In this document: piece after piece, positions 11,303 through 21,686 of the stretch
How positions within the stretch are numbered: position 1 is the stretch's first letter
Layout: every line of letters begins with the position of its first letter
Origin: Aquifex aeolicus VF5
GTDB lineage: Bacteria; Aquificota; Aquificia; Aquificales; Aquificaceae
Length of the DNA stretch: 32,000 nt
Direction: 5' to 3'
Assembly: GCF_000008625.1 (NCBI RefSeq)
Contig: NC_000918.1
Coordinates: forward strand, 570,001 to 602,000
Notes under the pieces: generated by a model
Told to the model about the DNA's origin: nothing
Databases searched by the model: none
What the model saw: only the letters and a program-made list of their open reading frames with translations
Translations under genes and position numbers: made by a program

Positions 11303-13393
11303 TCAGTGGTAAAGCCTTTTACAAATTTTAACGCCTTCCACACTCTTTATTTTCTTCATTATCTTTTCCAAGTGTTCCTTATTTTTTACCTCAACGGTGA
11401 AGTCCATAACTGCTTTTCCTTCCCTCGTGTTTGTCATTGAACTCACTATGTTTGAACCGCTTTCCGAAATAACCTTGGTTATATCCGAGAGAAGACCTAT
11501 CCTGTCAGAGGCCACAACTCTTATATCGGTCTGGAAGTATCCCGAAGCCTGAAGTTGAACCTCTTTAACCTTTTCCGGATTTAATCTCAGTACGTTTTTT
11601 AGGTTTGAACAACTCTTCTCATGCAGGACTAAGCCCTTCGTTCTGGTGATTACTCCGAGGATCTCATCTCCCGGAATGGGTTTGCAACACTTTGCCACTT
11701 CGTGCTTTATATTGCTCAAATCTTCCAGAAATACCGTTGAACTTCCTCTCCTTTCCTCTTTTTCTTCCTTCTTCTTAGGAAAGATTAATTTTATGAGGTT
11801 TGCGGAAGATATCTTTCTCTTTCCTAGGGCAAGGAGGAGTTCCTCTTCGGTATCAAACCTCACTCTTTCCCTGATTTTGTTAATTAAGTCCTCGTGAGAA
11901 AGTCCGAGTTTTTCCCTTATCCTCTCTAAAATCCTCTTTCCTTCCGACAAGTACCTTTCCCTTTCCTGTTTCTTTAGGAATTGTTTTATCTTGTTCCTCG
12001 CCCTTGAGGTCTTTACAAAGGAAAGCCACTCGTAACTCGGGGATTTATTGGGATTCGTTATTATTTCTACAACGTCTCCGCTCTTTAACTCGTAATTTAA
12101 GGGAACAATCCTGCCGTTTGACTTCGCTCCCGCACAGTGGTTTCCGACCTCCGTGTGTATCTTGTAGGCCAAGTCCACAGGTGTTGACCCCTTAGGCAAA
12201 ACAACGAGGTCACCCTTAGGGGTAAAAACGAAAACCTCTTCAAAAAAGAGATTACTCTTCAGGTTTTCCAGAACTTCACTGGGATTTGTACTTCCCTGTA
12301 TGCTCTCAACGAGTTCTCTTAGCCAGGAGTAAACGCCGGCGTCGCTTGGATTTTTCCCTTCCTTGTAAGCCCAGTGGGAGGCTATACCTTTTTCCGCCCT
12401 CTCGTGCATCTCCCAAGTCCTTATCTGAAATTCAACCAGCTTTCCCTTATCCGCGATAACCGTTGTGTGGAGAGACTGGTAGAGGTTGGGCTTCGGTAGA
12501 GATATGTAGTCCTTAAACTTTCCCGGAACCGGTCTGAACAGGCTGTGGATTATTCCGAGAACCGTATAGCATTCTGGAACGGTATTGACTATTATCCTCA
12601 CGCCCAATATGTCGTGGACGTCCTCAAGTCTTATCCCCTTTCTCCTTGTTTTCTCCCATATACTGTAGTAGTGTTTTGAACGATACTTTATCTCAGCCTC
12701 TATTCCGTACTTCTCTAGTTCCTTTCTAACCTTTGGTATAACGTACTTCCTGAGATACTCCTCAAGGTTCTTCCTCGATTCCTTTACAAAGTTCCTTACC
12801 TTTTCGTATTCTTCTGGGTAGAGGTACTTAAAAGCCCAGTCTTCGAGCTCGTTTTTTATACTCCATACACCGAGCCTGTGAGCTAAGGGGGCGTAAATTT
12901 CCATAGTCTCCTTTGCTATTTTCTTTCTCTTTTCCTCTCTGAAAACCCATAAGGTCTTTACGTTATCAAGGCGATCTGAGAGCTTCAGAAGTATAACTCT
13001 CGGGTCTTCCGCTGTTGCCAAAATTAACTTTCTGTAGTTCTCAGCCTGTTCGGATTTGTACTTAATCTTTCCTATTTTCGTAACACCTTCCACGAGTTTT
13101 GCAACCCTTTCCCCGAATCTTTCCTTAATCTCTTCGTAAGTTGTGTCCGTGTCTTCTAACGTGTCGTGGAGAAGTGCGGCGATTATTGTTTCATGATCCA
13201 TCCCAAGTTCTGCCAGTTTGAGGGCTACGTTCAAAGGGTGTATTATGTAGGGCTCCCCCGTTTTCCTTTTTTGCTCTCCGTGCTTTTCCTTTGCAAATTC
13301 GTAGGCTCTTTGAATTTCTTCCGCGTGCTGGGGGTAATGGGAAAGGAGTTTTTCAAGATCTTCTTCAAGAGAAACTTCTCCCAATTTTGACAT
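11303..13393 (-). CDS. rel: bifunctional (p)ppGpp synthetase/hydrolase (RelA/SpoT homologue)
   Basis: 696 aa with an HD hydrolase domain (HPLNVA...LLHDTLEDT), a synthetase domain (YQSLHTTV, FQIRTWEMH), a TGS domain (VFTPKGD...LPKGSTPVDLAY) and a C-terminal ACT-like domain. Confidence 0.92.
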   Translation of the reverse strand: MSKLGEVSLEEDLEKLLSHYPQHAEEIQRAYEFAKEKHGEQKRKTGEPYIIHPLNVALKLAELGMDHETIIAALLHDTLEDTDTTYEEIKERFGERVAKLVEGVTKIGKIKYKSEQAENYRKLILATAEDPRVILLKLSDRLDNVKTLWVFREEKRKKIAKETMEIYAPLAHRLGVWSIKNELEDWAFKYLYPEEYEKVRNFVKESRKNLEEYLRKYVIPKVRKELEKYGIEAEIKYRSKHYYSIWEKTRRKGIRLEDVHDILGVRIIVNTVPECYTVLGIIHSLFRPVPGKFKDYISLPKPNLYQSLHTTVIADKGKLVEFQIRTWEMHERAEKGIASHWAYKEGKNPSDAGVYSWLRELVESIQGSTNPSEVLENLKSNLFFEEVFVFTPKGDLVVLPKGSTPVDLAYKIHTEVGNHCAGAKSNGRIVPLNYELKSGDVVEIITNPNKSPSYEWLSFVKTSRARNKIKQFLKKQERERYLSEGKRILERIREKLGLSHEDLINKIRERVRFDTEEELLLALGKRKISSANLIKLIFPKKKEEKEERRGSSTVFLEDLSNIKHEVAKCCKPIPGDEILGVITRTKGLVLHEKSCSNLKNVLRLNPEKVKEVQLQASGYFQTDIRVVASDRIGLLSDITKVISESGSNIVSSMTNTREGKAVMDFTVEVKNKEHLEKIMKKIKSVEGVKICKRLYH

Positions 13394-13430
13394 CCCTAGT
13401 TTAATATAAATTCCTTAAAGGGGATTAGAA

Positions 13431-14456
13431 ATGATATTTGGGAGATTACTGAGAGGTTTTTCGAGCAACATAGGAATTGACCTTGGCACCGCAAACACGG
13501 CGGTTTTCGTTGAGGGTAAGGGGATCGTCCTATACGAGCCTTCAATAGTGGCAATAGACACAAAGAGTAAAAAAATTCTCGCGGTAGGGAAAGAAGCCAA
13601 AGAAATGGTAGGGAAAACCCCCGAAAACATACAGGCTATCCGTCCGCTCAGACACGGTGTGATATCCGATTTCGAAGTTACCCAAGCTATGCTAACTTAC
13701 TTCATCAAGAAGGTTCTCGGTAGGAGCATACTAAAACCGAAACCAATCACAGTAATAGGTGTTCCTACTGGAATAACGCCCGTTGAAAAGAGGGCAGTTG
13801 TGGACGCTGCAAAGAGTGCGGGAGCGAGGGAAGTGTACCTCGTAGCCGAGCCCATGGCCGCGGCCATCGGTGCAGGACTCCCCGTAGAAGAACCAATAGG
13901 AAACATGATAGTGGATATAGGTGGGGGAACCACGGATATAGCGGTTATATCCCTGGCCGGTATCGTTGTTTCAAACTCCCTGAGGGTTGCGGGAGATGAG
14001 ATGAACGAAGCCATAATCCAGTACATAAAGAGGAAACTGCACCTCCTTATAGGTGAACAGACCGCAGAAAGGATAAAGATAGAGCTGGGAAGTGCGATTA
14101 TGGAAGAAGAAGAAAGACAGATGGAGATAAGGGGAAGGGATATGACGGGACTCCCGAGAACGGAGACAATTACAAACCACATGGTAACGGAAGCGCTGGA
14201 GGAGACCGTGAACTCAATAGTGAACGCCGTAAGGACAACACTCGAGAAAACGCCTCCTGAGCTCGCCTCCGACATAGCCGAAAGGGGTATAGTTCTCGCC
14301 GGAGGAGGATCACTCCTCAGGAATCTGGACAAGAAGATAGAACAGGAAACGGGAATAAAGGCGAGGTACGCAGATGAACCACTCACTTCAGTTGCAAAAG
14401 GTCTCGGTATGGTTCTTGAAAATATAGACCTCATAAGGAGAATATCTATGGAATGA
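13431..14456 (+). CDS. mreB: rod-shape-determining actin homologue MreB
   Basis: IGIDLGTANT, VAEPMAAAIGAG, DIGGGTTD and GIVLAGGGSLLRNLD are canonical MreB phosphate and adenosine motifs. Confidence 0.95.
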   Translation: MIFGRLLRGFSSNIGIDLGTANTAVFVEGKGIVLYEPSIVAIDTKSKKILAVGKEAKEMVGKTPENIQAIRPLRHGVISDFEVTQAMLTYFIKKVLGRSILKPKPITVIGVPTGITPVEKRAVVDAAKSAGAREVYLVAEPMAAAIGAGLPVEEPIGNMIVDIGGGTTDIAVISLAGIVVSNSLRVAGDEMNEAIIQYIKRKLHLLIGEQTAERIKIELGSAIMEEEERQMEIRGRDMTGLPRTETITNHMVTEALEETVNSIVNAVRTTLEKTPPELASDIAERGIVLAGGGSLLRNLDKKIEQETGIKARYADEPLTSVAKGLGMVLENIDLIRRISME

Positions 14457-15247
14457 GTCTAAAAAAGCTCAACGTATACTTCTTTTTACTTTCTTCCTTG
14501 AGTCTTCTCCTGCTTTTGCTCCAAAACGTAAACAATCCCTTTACACAATTCATAAGAAACGGAGCTTTCATAGCGCTTTCTCCTATTTTGAAAGTTCAGG
14601 CGGAACTGGAAGAAGAGGTAAGAAAGGGAATAGAGTTCCTTAAGGATTTAAAGGAGGAGAGTAGATTAATAACGAAGTACAACAAGCTCAAGGAGGAGAT
14701 TTTAATATACAAGGAAAAGGTAAATTCCTACGAGAAAATGCTCCAAAAGCTTGAGAAGGATCTGGACTTTAATTTCCCGACACGGGCTGATTACGTAATT
14801 TCCAAGATAATTTTTTACGATACTTCTGGAAAGGATCTCTTCTTCATAATAAGGGACGGCCAGAATAAGGGTATAAAAAAGGGGGATTTAGTTGTGGCGA
14901 GGGGAGGGGTAGTCGGCGTGGTTGACGAAGTTTACTACTCAACGAGTAAAGTGATTTCCCTTTTCAACGAGAACACTTATCTGCTTGCCACGGTGAACAA
15001 TTCTGACAAAGTCTACGTTTACCACGGAGGGTATCCCCACGGAGAACTCCTGTACGTTGACGTAAACGATACGGTAAACGAGGGGGATGTAGTTCTGTTT
15101 AAAGACCTAACCATGAAAGTTCCAGCTTATAAAATAGGGAGTGTGGTATACTCGGGCATAAGTGAAAACCCTTTCTTCAAGAAGGTGAAGGTAGAGCCTT
15201 ACGTTTCTCCCAGAGAAGTGGAGTTCGTGGTAGTTTTTAAAGAATGA
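14453..15247 (+). CDS. mreC: rod-shape-determining protein MreC
   Basis: Overlaps the mreB stop by 4 nt. Has an N-terminal TM segment, a coiled-coil (EN/KL-rich) region and a C-terminal beta-rich domain (GDLVVARGGVVGVVDEV). Confidence 0.8.
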   Translation: MSLKKLNVYFFLLSSLSLLLLLLQNVNNPFTQFIRNGAFIALSPILKVQAELEEEVRKGIEFLKDLKEESRLITKYNKLKEEILIYKEKVNSYEKMLQKLEKDLDFNFPTRADYVISKIIFYDTSGKDLFFIIRDGQNKGIKKGDLVVARGGVVGVVDEVYYSTSKVISLFNENTYLLATVNNSDKVYVYHGGYPHGELLYVDVNDTVNEGDVVLFKDLTMKVPAYKIGSVVYSGISENPFFKKVKVEPYVSPREVEFVVVFKE

Positions 15248-15842
15248 GAAAGATAGTTGTTCTCTTCAGCGGAGGCGTGGAGAGCTCCGCCCTCCTTGCA
15301 CATTACCTCACGAGAAATTACTTGGTTTACCCCCTTTACGTGAGGTTCGGATACCCCTGGGAAAAGGAAGAAATAAAAAGGGCTAAAAAAGTATTTAACT
15401 TCTTTAAGTCCAAGTATCCAAACCTAATGCTTTTAGGTATAAGGAAGTTCAGGCGGTACTCAAAAGATTCAATAAAACTCCGAAGAGTGAAGAGGATTTA
15501 GAAATACCCATGAGAAACTTTATCCTTTGCACCGCGGGAGCACTTTACGGAGTCCCAAAAGGAATAAACACGTGTGCGATCGGGAGTTTGGGAATGTACC
15601 CATTTGAGGATAATAAAAAGGAGTTCTTTGAAAAATTATCCGAAACTATATCCATGAGCTTAGGTAAGGAGTTTTACATAGAAACTCCCTTTATGGGTAT
15701 GCACAAACACGAGGTAATAAAAAGATATGGAAAATTCATTCCCCTTGAACTTTCCCTTACGTGTATCAATCCCGTTAACGGAGAGCCATGCGGAAAGTGT
15801 ATAAAGTGCAAAGAGAGGGAAGAGGCCCTCAGTTTGCTCTAG
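15244..15842 (+). pseudogene. QueC-like PP-loop ATPase paralogue interrupted by a frameshift (ORFs 15244-15501 and 15510-15842)
   Basis: The first ORF carries the PP-loop VVLFSGGVESSAL. The second carries IPMRNFIL and the QueC-type Zn motif C-x8-CGKCIKCKEREEA. The second frame is open back to 15408 (…KTPKSEEDLEIPMRN), so the two frames overlap for ~90 nt. One -1 frame change somewhere in 15408-15498 restores a single protein of about 200 aa. Confidence 0.7.
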
Positions 15843-16056
15843 CCTTCATGTACTCCTGTATCTTTTGTTCTATTAGGTCCTTATAGTAAAGCTTTTCCTT
15901 CTTGAGTTTTTCTATTTCGAGTTCAAGGTCGTGTGTCATGGGATGGTGCTTTTCAAGCTTTCTTATTTTTTTGTCAAGCTCCTCGTGCTTATCCTTCAAC
16001 TCTCTGAACTCTTTATCCTTTTCGTAGAGTTCCTTTACAATTTCTTCTCTCGTCAT
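15829..16056 (-). CDS. small coiled-coil protein, DUF465/YdcH-like
   Basis: 75 aa and highly charged. The pattern KHEELDKKI...LEIEKLKKEKLYYKDLIEQKI resembles the YdcH/DUF465 family. Confidence 0.55.
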   Translation of the reverse strand: MTREEIVKELYEKDKEFRELKDKHEELDKKIRKLEKHHPMTHDLELEIEKLKKEKLYYKDLIEQKIQEYMKARAN

Positions 16057-16080
16057 AGGTCACCTCCCTTAATTAAAAAG

Positions 16081-17379
16081 TTATTCCTCAGAGGAGAAAA
16101 TTAAATCCAGGGCCTCTGTGTCCCTTCCGGCGAGGTCGTAATCCGCAACCTGCGTTACCTTTACCTTGAGAATATCACCGCTCTTTAAATCTCTTGAACT
16201 CTCTACGTAAACGACACCGTCCACCTCGGGAGCCTGGAAGTAAGCCCTGCCTTTCGGAACGAAAGAGAACTCTTCCTCGTATCCGTCTATCAGCACCTCA
16301 ATTTCTTTCCCTAAAAACTCTTCATTTTTCTTCCTCGTGATTCCTCTCTGGATAGCCATAAGTTCTTCTCTCCTCTCTTCTTTCACCTCTCTTGGAATGG
16401 GATCTCCCAAGGGATAGGCGTGAGTTCCCTCTTCGGGAGAGTATGTAAAGACACCGAGCCAGTGGAAGTGCCCTTCCTCTACGAATTTCTTAAGTTCCTT
16501 GAAGTCTTCTTCGCTTTCTGTGGGAAATCCCACTATGAACGTCGTCCTGAATACGGCGTTTTCTATTTTCTTCCTTATATTTTCTATCAGGTTTCTCACA
16601 AACTTACCGTCGTAGCCCCTTCTCATGTCTTTCAGTACTCTGTCGCTCACGTGCTGGAGAGGTACGTCAAAGTACGGGAGAACCTTCTCAGAATTCGCTA
16701 CGTAATCTATTAAATCCTCGTGCACTTCCGTGGGGTAGAGGTAGAGGAGTCTTATCCACTTGATGCCTTCCACTTTTTCCAGTCCTTCAAGCAGTTCCAC
16801 GAGTTTGTACTCTTTGTAGAGATCCTTACCGTAGTATGTAGTGTCCTGAGAGACCACGCAGATTTCTTTTACTCCCTGATCCGCCAGGAATTTCGCCTCA
16901 TCCACTATTTCTTCAATCTTTCTTGAGCGGTGTCTTCCGCGGATCTTTGGAATGGCACAGAAGGAACAGAGCCTGTTGCACCCTTCCGCTATCTTCAGGT
17001 AAGCGTAAGAGCGTGGAGTGGAGAGAATTCTTTTAATTTCCTTTTTTTCCTTTAAACCCAAGTAATTGAGTATCTCGTTCCAGCTTTCCGTTCCGAAGTA
17101 GGCTTTAACTTCCGGGATTTCCTTCTCCAGTTCCTCCTTGTACCGTTCTACTAAACAGCCCATAACGATTACTTCCTTTCCACTCTCGGCAAACTCCAGT
17201 ATGGTTTCTATGCTTTCAAGTTTTGCAGGCTCTATAAAACCGCATGTGTTCACGATAATTACGTCCGCCTCTTCGGGATTCGGTGTTAGCTCTACTCCCG
17301 CCCCCTTGAGCTTTCCCAGGAGTATCTCACTGTCAACTAAGTTTTTCGCACACCCTAAACTAACTACTCCAATTTTCAT
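16081..17379 (-). CDS. rimO: ribosomal protein S12 methylthiotransferase RimO (radical SAM)
   Basis: N-terminal MKIGVVSLGCAKNLVDSE (UPF0004 domain Cys triad), the radical-SAM CNRLCSFC motif and a C-terminal TRAM domain. Confidence 0.85.
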   Translation of the reverse strand: MKIGVVSLGCAKNLVDSEILLGKLKGAGVELTPNPEEADVIIVNTCGFIEPAKLESIETILEFAESGKEVIVMGCLVERYKEELEKEIPEVKAYFGTESWNEILNYLGLKEKKEIKRILSTPRSYAYLKIAEGCNRLCSFCAIPKIRGRHRSRKIEEIVDEAKFLADQGVKEICVVSQDTTYYGKDLYKEYKLVELLEGLEKVEGIKWIRLLYLYPTEVHEDLIDYVANSEKVLPYFDVPLQHVSDRVLKDMRRGYDGKFVRNLIENIRKKIENAVFRTTFIVGFPTESEEDFKELKKFVEEGHFHWLGVFTYSPEEGTHAYPLGDPIPREVKEERREELMAIQRGITRKKNEEFLGKEIEVLIDGYEEEFSFVPKGRAYFQAPEVDGVVYVESSRDLKSGDILKVKVTQVADYDLAGRDTEALDLIFSSEE

Positions 17380-17389
17380 AAAGAATATT

Positions 17390-17806
17390 TTAGGTTTTGG
17401 GCTCGTATGTGATAAGTAGAAGCTTAAACTCCTCGTCGGAGATCCATTTTCCGAGAACCTTTAACGTGCCTCTTTCAAGCTCAATTAAGTAAAGACTTTC
17501 CTCTTCCAGATTTTTGTACTCTTTATCCTTTGGCTTCTTTCCCGAGGTAAACTCGCATACTTTTATAAGCTTTTCTATAAAGCTGTCGCTCACGAATTCA
17601 AGGTAGGGTACTATTTCTAAAATCCTTTCTCTGCACCTTTTTGATAAAAAGATGTTCTCTACTTTTTGAAATATTTTCATTTCCTTTTCTTTCCTCTTAG
17701 CGTCCTGGTAAAGGATTATCAATGTTATTATTAAAGGATAAAGAAAAGTTAAAGAAAGCGTAAGTCCGAGAAGTATGTCTTCGAATCTCAGCTTTTTCAG
17801 AGCCAT
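17390..17806 (-). CDS. hypothetical membrane-anchored protein
   Basis: 138-aa ORF packed between corA (10-nt overlap) and rimO (10-nt gap). It has one N-terminal TM segment (ILLGLTLSLTFLYPLIITLIIL). I recognise no motif. Confidence 0.5.
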   Translation of the reverse strand: MALKKLRFEDILLGLTLSLTFLYPLIITLIILYQDAKRKEKEMKIFQKVENIFLSKRCRERILEIVPYLEFVSDSFIEKLIKVCEFTSGKKPKDKEYKNLEEESLYLIELERGTLKVLGKWISDEEFKLLLITYEPKT

Positions 17807-18756
17807 CCCTTCCGCCTCACCCAGAAGAGGAGAACGAGCGTTACGAAAACCATTAAGAAGAGAGAGTAAGGGTATCCATACTTCCAGTGGAGTTCGGGCA
17901 TGTGCTTGAAGTTCATACCGAAAATGCTCGCTATTAGAGTGGCGGGAAGGAAGATCGTGGCAAGAACGGTAAACACCTTCACGGCTTCGTTCTGTCTTAT
18001 AGTTATAAGACCGAGAAGGGAGTTCTGTATACTGTCTATCTTTTCCATGTAAAAGGATGTGTACTCAAGTAGGGTTGTGAGATCTTCGTATATTATCCTA
18101 AGTTCTTTCTTTGTGTGGGCGTTTATTAGAGGACTTTTCAGGGCTTTTGTTATGATCCTTATCTTCTCATTTATGCTTTCCCTGAGTGTTATGTTGAGTT
18201 CGTCGTAAAAGGCGAGCTCTCTTATCATCTCTTCCGATTGTTCCACAAACATCTGTCTCCAGATGTCCTTAATCTTGTTTCCCAGAAGCTCCAGCCTGTC
18301 GCCTATTCTGTCAACTTCTATTCCGAGAATTTCGGCAAATAGGCTTTCGGGAAACTGGAAAAACTTCCTCTGAAAGTTAGTCCTGTTTTTAAAGATCATT
18401 ATTGAAGGTATGTCCCTGTAGCGAACGGTCACGAAGAACTTTTCCTTTATGTAGAAGACCACGGGTTCTACGAGTATTTCCTCCTTTTGGGGTATTACAA
18501 AGGAAAGTGTAACCTCCAGATAATCCTTATCTTCTATATACTTTGAACTTATCTCTATATCTCCGAGTATTTCCTTAGGGGGCATACTGAAGCCCGTTTG
18601 TTTTCTTAAGAACTCTATTTCCTCCTCGGTAGGATTGAAGAGGTCAAACCATATTACGTACTTTCCCTTGTACTCCTTTAACTTTTCTTCGTCTATTTCT
18701 TCAAATCCTTTGAATGTGTTTACGTACAGCTTTATCACACATTCATATTTTATCAA
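17797..18756 (-). CDS. corA: magnesium/cobalt transporter CorA
   Basis: 319 aa with two C-terminal TM helices and the diagnostic GMNF motif (ASIFGMNFKHMPEL). Confidence 0.9.
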   Translation of the reverse strand: MIKYECVIKLYVNTFKGFEEIDEEKLKEYKGKYVIWFDLFNPTEEEIEFLRKQTGFSMPPKEILGDIEISSKYIEDKDYLEVTLSFVIPQKEEILVEPVVFYIKEKFFVTVRYRDIPSIMIFKNRTNFQRKFFQFPESLFAEILGIEVDRIGDRLELLGNKIKDIWRQMFVEQSEEMIRELAFYDELNITLRESINEKIRIITKALKSPLINAHTKKELRIIYEDLTTLLEYTSFYMEKIDSIQNSLLGLITIRQNEAVKVFTVLATIFLPATLIASIFGMNFKHMPELHWKYGYPYSLFLMVFVTLVLLFWVRRKGWL

Positions 18757-19705
18757 GCAGATCTTCTATGAGCCTTAGAGCGTGCAAAGAAGAGCTTTCC
18801 CTCGCTTTATTTTTCCACGCGATGTCGTAAGCGGTTCCGTGGTCAGGGGAAGTTCTTATAAAGGGCAGTCCAAGGGTAAAGTTTACACCCTCATCAAAGG
18901 CCAGCATTTTGAATGGAATAAGTCCCTGATCGTGGTACATACAAAGAAAAACGTCTTCCTCTGACGGATTTATAAAAGCAACGTCTGGAACTAAAGGGCC
19001 TACCACTTTGATGCCTTCCTTCTTTGCTTCCTCTACGGCGGGAATAATTTCCTCTATTTCCTCCCTCCCTAGTTCGCCCATTTCCCCTGCGTGGGGGTTA
19101 AGCCCCAGGACCTTTATAAGGGGTTCAAACTTAAACTTTTCTAAAAATTCTTTCCTTATCAGTCTTACCTTCTTCAGGATTTCCTCTTTCTTGACGTAAT
19201 TGGGGACGTCTTTTAATGGGATGTGCGTTGTCAGTAAAACCACCTTTAACTTCTCCGAATACATCATCATGGCGTAATCTTTGGTTCCGGAGGCTTTTGC
19301 TAAAAACTCGGTTTGCCCTTCGTACTGAAAGCCTGCCTTCTTTGCCCAGAACTTGTTTATGGGCATGGTCAAAATCCCGTGAATGTTTCCTCTGATGGCG
19401 TCTGCGACGGCTCTGGCAAGGTACGCAACTGCCGCCTTTCCCGAGGATACGGAAGGCTCAACCACTGGAACTTTCAGAACGTTTAAATCTATCAGGTAAA
19501 CCCCTCTCTCCTTTGCCTCTTCTACCTTTTCAATTTTTTTGTAGTTGAGTTTTATCCCTGTTAACTTGCTCGCTTCGAGAAGTGTTTTCTCCTCGCCGTA
19601 TATTACGTAAGTGAATTTTTCTTTAAAGTGTTTGGAAATTTTCAGTATAAGTTCAGGACCTATCCCGGCTGGATCACCGAGGGTTATTCCTATTTTCTTA
19701 TTCAT
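18743..19705 (-). CDS. pdxA: 4-hydroxythreonine-4-phosphate dehydrogenase PdxA (the ORF track begins at the GTG at 19717)
   Basis: MNKKIGITLGDPAGIGPE, GLNPHAGE, the HDQGLIPFK region and RTSPDHGTAYDIA are PdxA signatures. Confidence 0.9.
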   Translation of the reverse strand: MNKKIGITLGDPAGIGPELILKISKHFKEKFTYVIYGEEKTLLEASKLTGIKLNYKKIEKVEEAKERGVYLIDLNVLKVPVVEPSVSSGKAAVAYLARAVADAIRGNIHGILTMPINKFWAKKAGFQYEGQTEFLAKASGTKDYAMMMYSEKLKVVLLTTHIPLKDVPNYVKKEEILKKVRLIRKEFLEKFKFEPLIKVLGLNPHAGEMGELGREEIEEIIPAVEEAKKEGIKVVGPLVPDVAFINPSEEDVFLCMYHDQGLIPFKMLAFDEGVNFTLGLPFIRTSPDHGTAYDIAWKNKARESSSLHALRLIEDLLDKI

Positions 19706-20066
19706 AGTACTCAGCACCGCAGGTTTCCGTTTCCCATACCACTACTTTTACCAGGTTAGGGTACTTCTCCTTTACCTTTTTATACAACCCCTTTGCCACG
19801 TTTTCCGCACTCGGAGAAAAGTCAAAGACATCGTTCAGTAGGGTGTAATCGGGGAGGATATCCTTTAAAAAGTTGTCTATTTCTACAAAATCCACTCCCA
19901 TTCCGCCCTTATCAAGTTCTTCAGCCTTTATGAAAACTTCTACTGTCCACGTGTGTCCGTGAAGGGGTTCCGGCTTACCGTGGTAGTCGGTGAGAAAGTG
20001 GGCTGCATTGAACTTCCTCTTTACTCTGACTATCCAGGGCATGGAAAAGATTTTAAAGGTTTTCAA
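19698..20066 (-). CDS. queD: 6-carboxy-5,6,7,8-tetrahydropterin synthase QueD (PTPS family)
   Basis: 122 aa with FNAAHFL...LHGHTWTVEV (a His Zn triad pattern) and a C-terminal VVVWETETCGAEY, typical of QueD/6-pyruvoyl-tetrahydropterin synthase. Confidence 0.85.
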   Translation of the reverse strand: MKTFKIFSMPWIVRVKRKFNAAHFLTDYHGKPEPLHGHTWTVEVFIKAEELDKGGMGVDFVEIDNFLKDILPDYTLLNDVFDFSPSAENVAKGLYKKVKEKYPNLVKVVVWETETCGAEYYE

Positions 20067-21686
20067 GCTTTTTCAGGAGTCTTTCCTTCTGTCCTCTTTC
20101 TCCCTGTTTTCCCTCTTCAAGGAGTTTAAGTGCTCTCTCGTAGTAATTCCTTGCCTCCTCCTTGTAGCCCATCTTTAGCAGGACGTCCCCTACGTGTTCG
20201 TTGACTACGGGGTCGTCGTAAGCTTCTCTCAGAGCTTTCAAGAGGTACTGCATAGCCCTTTCGTAATCTCCCTTTAGGTAGTAAACCCAACCCATGCTGT
20301 CTATGTAAGCTGGGTTTTCCGGATCCTTTTCCAGAGCTTTTTTAATGAGTTCTTCCGCTTCCTCCACCCTTTCCTTTCCGTACCAGAGAAGGAGTGAGTA
20401 GCCGAGGTAGTTGTAGTAATCTGGATTTTCGGGATCGAGTTCTATCGCTTTTCTCAGGGCTTTTTCCGCATTCTTTATATCACCGAGATTGTCGTAAACA
20501 ATGGCCTCCATGAAGTAAACGCGCGAATCGTTCGGATAATCCTTCTCCAGTTTTTTCAATATTTCCAGTGCTTTGTCATACTGCTTTGTCTTTGAGTAGT
20601 AATCCGCCTCTAGAAATAGTATTTCCTTTTTGTCGGGTGCGAGGACTTTAGCCTTTTCTATTAGCCTTTTTGCATCTTCGTAATTTCCTAAATCAAGGTA
20701 AATTCCTATTAATCTTTCTATTACCTTTATGTTTTCGGGAAATCTGTTCAGGAGGTTTTCGTATATCTCCTTAGCCTTTTTTAGTTCTCCGGTAGCTTCA
20801 AGGGTAAGGGCGTAGGCAAAGGCAACGTTGGGGTTGGAAGGGTTCACGTAGTAAAGTTCTTCTAATATCTTTTTCGCTTTATCAAACTCTCCCGTACTTA
20901 GTAAGAGGAGGGCGTACTCGGTTTTGTAATTTACGTTCCTTGGCTTTAAGTTTATCAGCTTTTCGTAAATCTTTATAGCTTCTTCTATCCTTCCCGAGGC
21001 CGTGTAGAGTTTTGCGAGCTTTTCCAGAATTTTGGGGCTGTTTGGGTACTTTTCAAGTACGCTTTTGTAGAGCTCTTCCGCTTCTTTGAACTTCTTTTCC
21101 TGAAGGTACAAGTTTCCGAGGGATAGCACAGCGGGTGCGTAATACTTTTTCTTTTCAAGGGCTTTTAAGAAGTACTCCATACCCTTTTGAATGTCTCCCT
21201 TTGCGAGGTATATCCTCCCGAGGAGGTAGTATGGGAGCGGATTGTCTGGGTCAGTTTCCATGTATTCTAATAGAACCTTCTCTGCTTCTCTCAATTTCCC
21301 TTTGTTTATGTATTCGTTTGCCAGAAAAAGTACTACGTTTTCGTTGAAAGGAAAGGACTTATAGGCTTCCTTTATGACTTCAAAAGCTTTTTTGTCTTCC
21401 TTTAAGAATTTGTATATGGTGTAGAGATATATGTAAGCTTGTGGCTCGTCTGGGTAGGTTTCCAGAAATTCCTTGGCAAGTTCCTTGGCTTTTTCGTACT
21501 CCTTGTTTCTCAAGAGCACCTTTATCGTGTCTTTGTAAAGTTCGGGAGATGGTATTTTTTCAAGGGCGGAAAGACAGTAGTTTTGGGCAATTTTGGGTTT
21601 ATCGGAGAGGTATGCACACATCAACGCGTCAAAGTAAGGGTTTGAAAAAGAAATACTGAATAGTGAAAAAGCCACTATCCACTTTC

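Noticed and set aside
13697-14434. A 245-aa ORF antisense to mreB. Similar long antisense ORFs occur at 8501-8857 and 9143-9616 (ilvD), 21700-22077 (usp), 30921-31331 (nadC), 27143-27620 (dabA) and 29379-29717 (dabB).
   Set aside because: These are shadow ORFs opposite strongly supported genes. Their translations are low-complexity (Ser/Pro/Ile-rich), lack recognisable motifs and lack SD sequences.
15244-15842. Treating 15244-15501 and 15510-15842 as two independent small genes.
   Set aside because: Together they are collinear with a single QueC-like protein. The downstream frame is open for ~90 nt upstream of its ATG and continues the alignment there. The second ORF's ATG corresponds to an internal conserved Met (PMRN motif). 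A frameshift is the simpler explanation.
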